A DNA stretch of 63,976 nucleotides, counting the filler, from Catajapyx aquilonaris (taxonomy: Eukaryota): NCBI GenBank assembly GCA_000934665.2. It is 2 parts of 2 records of this genome, joined end to end, with 100 filler letters (N's around TTAATTAATTAA, not from the genome) between each part and the next. Parts side by side here need not be neighbours in the genome. Positions count along the whole stretch, not along the records: positions 32,040 to 63,976 come from KZ539152.1; 1 more part is not named here. One strand, written 5' to 3'. Below are positions 59,701 to 63,976 of the stretch, in pieces. A model generated the notes under the pieces. The model saw only the letters and a list, made by a program, of their open reading frames with translations. It did not search any database and was not told where the DNA came from. Within the stretch, counting starts at the first letter, position 1. Every line of letters starts with the position of its first letter. The translations under genes were made by a program, and so were the position numbers.

Positions 59701-62700
59701 GAGGTGAGAGATGATTGAGGAGCAATCTTTCCCCAATTCAGATTAATACCCTCTCCGCAAACCTCAGAAAATCTGTAACATTCCAACAATGGTCTAATCA
59801 CTGATGCCTGTAAAGCCAGCTACCCAATGATACCAAGGTGGCACACCTCATGTCAGGCATAACCTCCATTTCATTAGTTATAATCAAAAGATGGTTTCAA
59901 GATGCCTTCCTTACACCTCCTCATCTGCCTCCACACCATCACTGCTCAGGAGGCTGCCTGCTCTCTCTATTCTCCTTTCCCGTAGGCTGAGCCATTTGTG
60001 ACTCCAAAAATATAATATGCACCCAACAGATCTTATAGTCAGGTGCAAGCTACTTCAAATCTGTCATTTTGGGGAGGAGACTTCAAGCATAACAATTTTG
60101 AATTGGAATGCATTCTCTGATTAGAAATGGTAGTACAATGATTGCAGAGGCGTGGGGGTCAAGTTTTTACCCACATCATACCACCCCCCCCCCCACACAC
60201 ACACACANACACTTCTCAAAAGAGAAATGTTGAAAAATGTATGGCCCTGCAAATCTCAATTCTTATGGGGCACCCCTTATAGTGCAGTATCTATTCAATA
60301 TTACAGTGTGGATATGCAACCAAAATAACACAAAATAAAGAAGTTCAGATGTAGTAAAAGGTCAAGTGATACTCTGAAAATTCGGGTACAACGTGACCAT
60401 ATTGGTCAATATAAAAGGGTCGACTTAATGTAGTGTACATATTTAAAATAGACGTGCCAAAAATTCGTTTGTGACTAGCATGCTGGATAACATGTGCCAA
60501 AAAGTTAGTACAACTACCAGGTCATTCCATTTGCACTGCAAGCATAAAGGAAGTGCACAGGAGCATTTGCTACATGCTCCAACATGCATTCACAAAAATA
60601 ACTAAAGACAAAAATGTTTTAAAAATAGATAATTACACTATTTACAATTCTACAACCACACCAAACCTAGACCTTGTGGTATCTACCGGGAGTGCCCAAG
60701 GTGCTTGACACTCCTATATTTACATAAAAAGAAAAGACTATCTATCATTGTAATGACCCTACTCTAGCCTGAACCTACTTTTCATGCGATGAGAGAAGTA
60801 GGCTCGGGGCTGTGGGTGGGAAAGTGGGGGTGTGGTAACGGGGCGGACCAAGAAGCAGAGTGAGCCTTCTGTCTTGAGACTCTGTGGCTGCATCAAGAGG
60901 AGGAAGGGAACGCAAGGGGGCACAAAGCGCGACCTTCGCCATGCTTGCCTGACAGCAGGGGTGCCATGCAAAAGGGTGAGAAGCGGTACTGTGGGGAGCA
61001 CGGCCCAACATCCACATGCGCCTAAAGCCACTGAAAATCAGAGGAAGAAGCACATAGAAAAAGAGAAGCAACAAGGCAGAATGATAACGGTGACATGACA
61101 TATACTGCATTTTGGATTGGCATTGCAATTCTAAGAGAAATGTATCACTGAAAAGGGCAGAGCATGGTAGTAAGCAATTTGGTAGACTTTTGTATTTAAC
61201 AACTACAGGCAAACCCCAACATATGTAAATCCGGACTCGGAAATTTTTCCCAACATACGCAAAAAATCTACAGAACTATGAATGTAAAACGCCACCAATT
61301 TTGAGAAAGTGTGCTAAATTGCAGCATGTGGCAACTTGAAAGTGCTCTCTGAGACTCATTCCCTTGCTCAGTTTACAAGTAACAAACATTTGCACCTCTT
61401 CTGGGCCCCATGAGGAATCTCTTTGCACTTGCAATGGCTTCAATTGGATACAATACAGTGATTTCAGTATCAATGTGAAAGGTACAGTATACTGTATAAT
61501 TTTTAAAAAAATGTCCTGAGTGATGTAAAACATGTCTTATATATAATGTTGCAGAGTGACCCATTTACGTATGTCAGGGGCTGCCTGTAATCCAAACAAT
61601 TCTGCTGCTCTTCTCTATCCCAATAATTTACATTATTTACATTACATTTACATAAAAAAGCATGCCAGAGAAATAATAGGATAAAAATGGCAAAATCTCA
61701 CGCGCGAAGTCAAGAAGGTTACATTGTTTACACCTACGAGTAATTCAAGTTTTCTTGCAGAGCGAGTTAAATGCTTCGAGCCCCTCTTAATGAATTCTAC
61801 ATTGGAAGCCACATCAATGTCTCAGAAATATGTACACTTCTGCATGGAAGATATTAACTATTATATCATGGATTATTTGGCAATGTCCTTGCAACAACTG
61901 TCCTGCAGGGTACAATTTATTACATCTTATGCTGTACTGAACACTGGTGCAGTAATGATGTGACAGTGCGAATGCTATTATGAGACCGACTGTGATTTAA
62001 CACTAACAACAATTTGTTGCAATTACACATGATGTGTGAGATAAAAAATACTACTTTCAGTTTAAAAAGGAGATTTCCATACAGCAACTGAGGAGAGTAA
62101 TGCATGATGGTGGTCAAGAGGACAATTATCATGATGATGAAAAGATTTAACAAGAAAAACTAGTACCAGTGCCACAACTTCCATTCATTCCTTATGTACC
62201 CCATTCACCCACTAATATTCATAACAATCACCGCAATATAGCTCTATCATTTTCCAAAATGAAAATCTGACATTCTTAAGCATGTACATGATGAAAACAA
62301 AAGCATGATTAATAATGGAAGTGTTACAAAACACATGAGAGAGTAGAGCATGCTTTAAGAAGTTAAAGGACAAGTAAATTTTTCCCCCCACCCAAAATAA
62401 AACCACATATACAACTTTTGTTAAGTGGCAGGTAAAATCCCCTGAAAGCAGCACACTTGGAAATACCTGACACAGAGTGACGACGGCGTGATGTTCGAGC
62501 AGTGGGAAGGAGCACGGGAGCTCGGGAACATAAGGCACTGCTAGTACTTGACGGGAGGCTCTTGCAAAGGGAGGGGGGCATAGCTGAAAGAACACGTGAA
62601 AAAAATAGGGAAGAGATAAAAAATCCTGCCGGAAACCAGATTATAGAATCTGCATATCAGCTTCACAAGTTGCCTGCGCAGCTTTAAGGGAAACATATAT

Positions 62701-63420
62701 GCACTGATTGCATGGGTTTCTTCCACAATTCTCATGGAAAGAGGTGAAGAATTCACAAGCACCTCGAAGGCCAAATCTGGCACAGAATCATCATCATGGC
62801 ACTCTATCCCGTAATACCAGCAAAAAGTCAAAAAATGCATATGCAAGCCAAACCAGAGGCCATGCAATGAACATGTTCCCAACAAATAGAACACAACACA
62901 TTCCCTGAAGACATCTCTCAATTGACTTAACCCCTTAAATACTCTACTGTCACTGTAAAAATTCTTTTGCAATTTAAAATGTTCCAAGTATTAACCACAA
63001 GAAAATTTAAATATCCGAGTCTCCTAATAAAATAGGGCACAATAAAAATGTGCATGCCCCCAAACGTAAAAACTTGAAAAGGCAGTTTAGTCTCAACATC
63101 AGTATGTAAGGGGCTAATATAATGAATGAGCCCAGCAGTTCTCCCCATCCCATTTTTGCAGTGGCACATCTCACATCACGGGGACCAGCAACAGTCAAGC
63201 TCCTTGGTGCCAGGGATAACATATGTCAAGATTAAACACACTAATATTTTTATATAAGAATTACACAATGCAAGACCAATGACCCAACTACCCACCTGCT
63301 GATGCTGTTTGCCTCCTGGCTACCACGATGATTGGCTTGGTTGCTTCTGAGGTGGTTGTGGAAGAAGACCATGTCCTTGCCCTCGGTGGTGCCTCATCTT
63401 TGGCACTGTTGCGCATTGCA
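53780..63420 (-). CDS. chico: Insulin receptor substrate (IRS/chico-like), 5'-partial; PH/PTB exons not seen in the window
   Basis: Exons 63420-63296, 62583-62467, 59112-58800, 58370(or 58343)-58171, 58114-57972, 57515-57254, 57076-56522, 56425-55847, 55419-54612, 54287-53780; ~1200 codons with matching phases. IRS-type motifs RDRADSMPSRSRTISEG, STDSAGSS, RTSSLAEETPDGYVPM, SVTSGTPSTD, RAYSVGSRP, RVRALSLGS, DLMEMDFS, 12 YxxM, and C-terminal LNYASLDL / LSYAQIDF. Confidence 0.9.
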
Positions 63421-63930
63421 CTGCAAATGTGTGTCAGACAGTAATCAGATGTGAAAGTTAATTCATTATTTTCAAGAATATTTGCCAAGAGACTTTCCAT
63501 GCCTCAAACTCTATTCCTGGAAGACCAAGATCACATGCCTTACAAATTACAGTAAAACCCTGAATAAGAAAAACCTCATTAGGTCCAAAATATGGGCACT
63601 TTGTTTTAAATGGGTTCATATAATCTGGGACAGTTAATCAACAGAGAGCCAATGATCAGACAGCTAAATCTGCCACTCACTGGCAGCCTCATTGGGTTGG
63701 TGCAGTCTTAACTCCCAGCTAAGGGTCTCGGACTTGACACTAGTGCTTACTTTCATACATGCAATATTTCATCATCAAATAGCTTCAACACTTTCACGTA
63801 TACCTGGTACCAGCAACCATTTTAACTGTCTCTTAAACAGCTACCTGTTGTTTAGTGTGAAACAGTGGGTTGTGTACCTGTGTTCCTCCAACACACAGGG
63901 AGCTAAACCTGAGACTAAACATTTTATTAA

Positions 63931-63976
63931 GGGGTCGTCCATAAACCACGTGACCGTTTTGGGGGGAGGGGGGGGG
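63931..63976. mobile_element. Probable left end of a PIF/Harbinger-type MITE
   Basis: TAA followed by GGGGTCGTCCATAAACCACGTGAC…G-run. The partner TIR would lie outside the window. Confidence 0.4.

Noticed and set aside
4700..63420. Functional coupling of the SOCS-box array with IRS degradation
   Set aside because: The halves are separated by an artificial linker, and the array proteins lack the SH2 domain used by IRS-targeting SOCS proteins.

Overview
Eukaryotic, intron-rich DNA, most likely from an arthropod (pinocchio homologue, chico/IRS-like gene, short GT-AG introns). An artificial 100-nt linker (44 N + TTAATTAATTAA + 44 N, 31940-32039) splits the window, so the two halves may not be adjacent in the genome. 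LEFT (1-31939): a tandem, same-strand array of a 9-coding-exon gene that the ORF track breaks into pieces. Each copy has a highly divergent, charged, coiled-coil-like first exon ending in the conserved motif RRL[CA]VA[LI]LDSHGNIRDLTP, then acidic linker exons, one clear plus several degenerate ankyrin-like repeats, and a C-terminal SOCS box (ASB-like E3 adaptor). Two copies splice into intact ORFs (about 605 and 672 aa), two are cut by the window edge or gap, one is a 2-exon truncated copy, and two orphan SOCS-box exons remain. All four promoters carry a CDE/CHR (DREAM-type) element with identical spacing. The array holds many nested MITEs, tRNA-derived SINEs and a 7-exon Mutator-like DDE transposase with an intact frame. 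RIGHT (32040-63976): a pinocchio (Pino)-like gene on + and the 3' ~1200 codons of an insulin receptor substrate gene on -, arranged tail to tail. All exon structures were derived by hand from splice signals, phase arithmetic and paralogue comparison; no database search was run.
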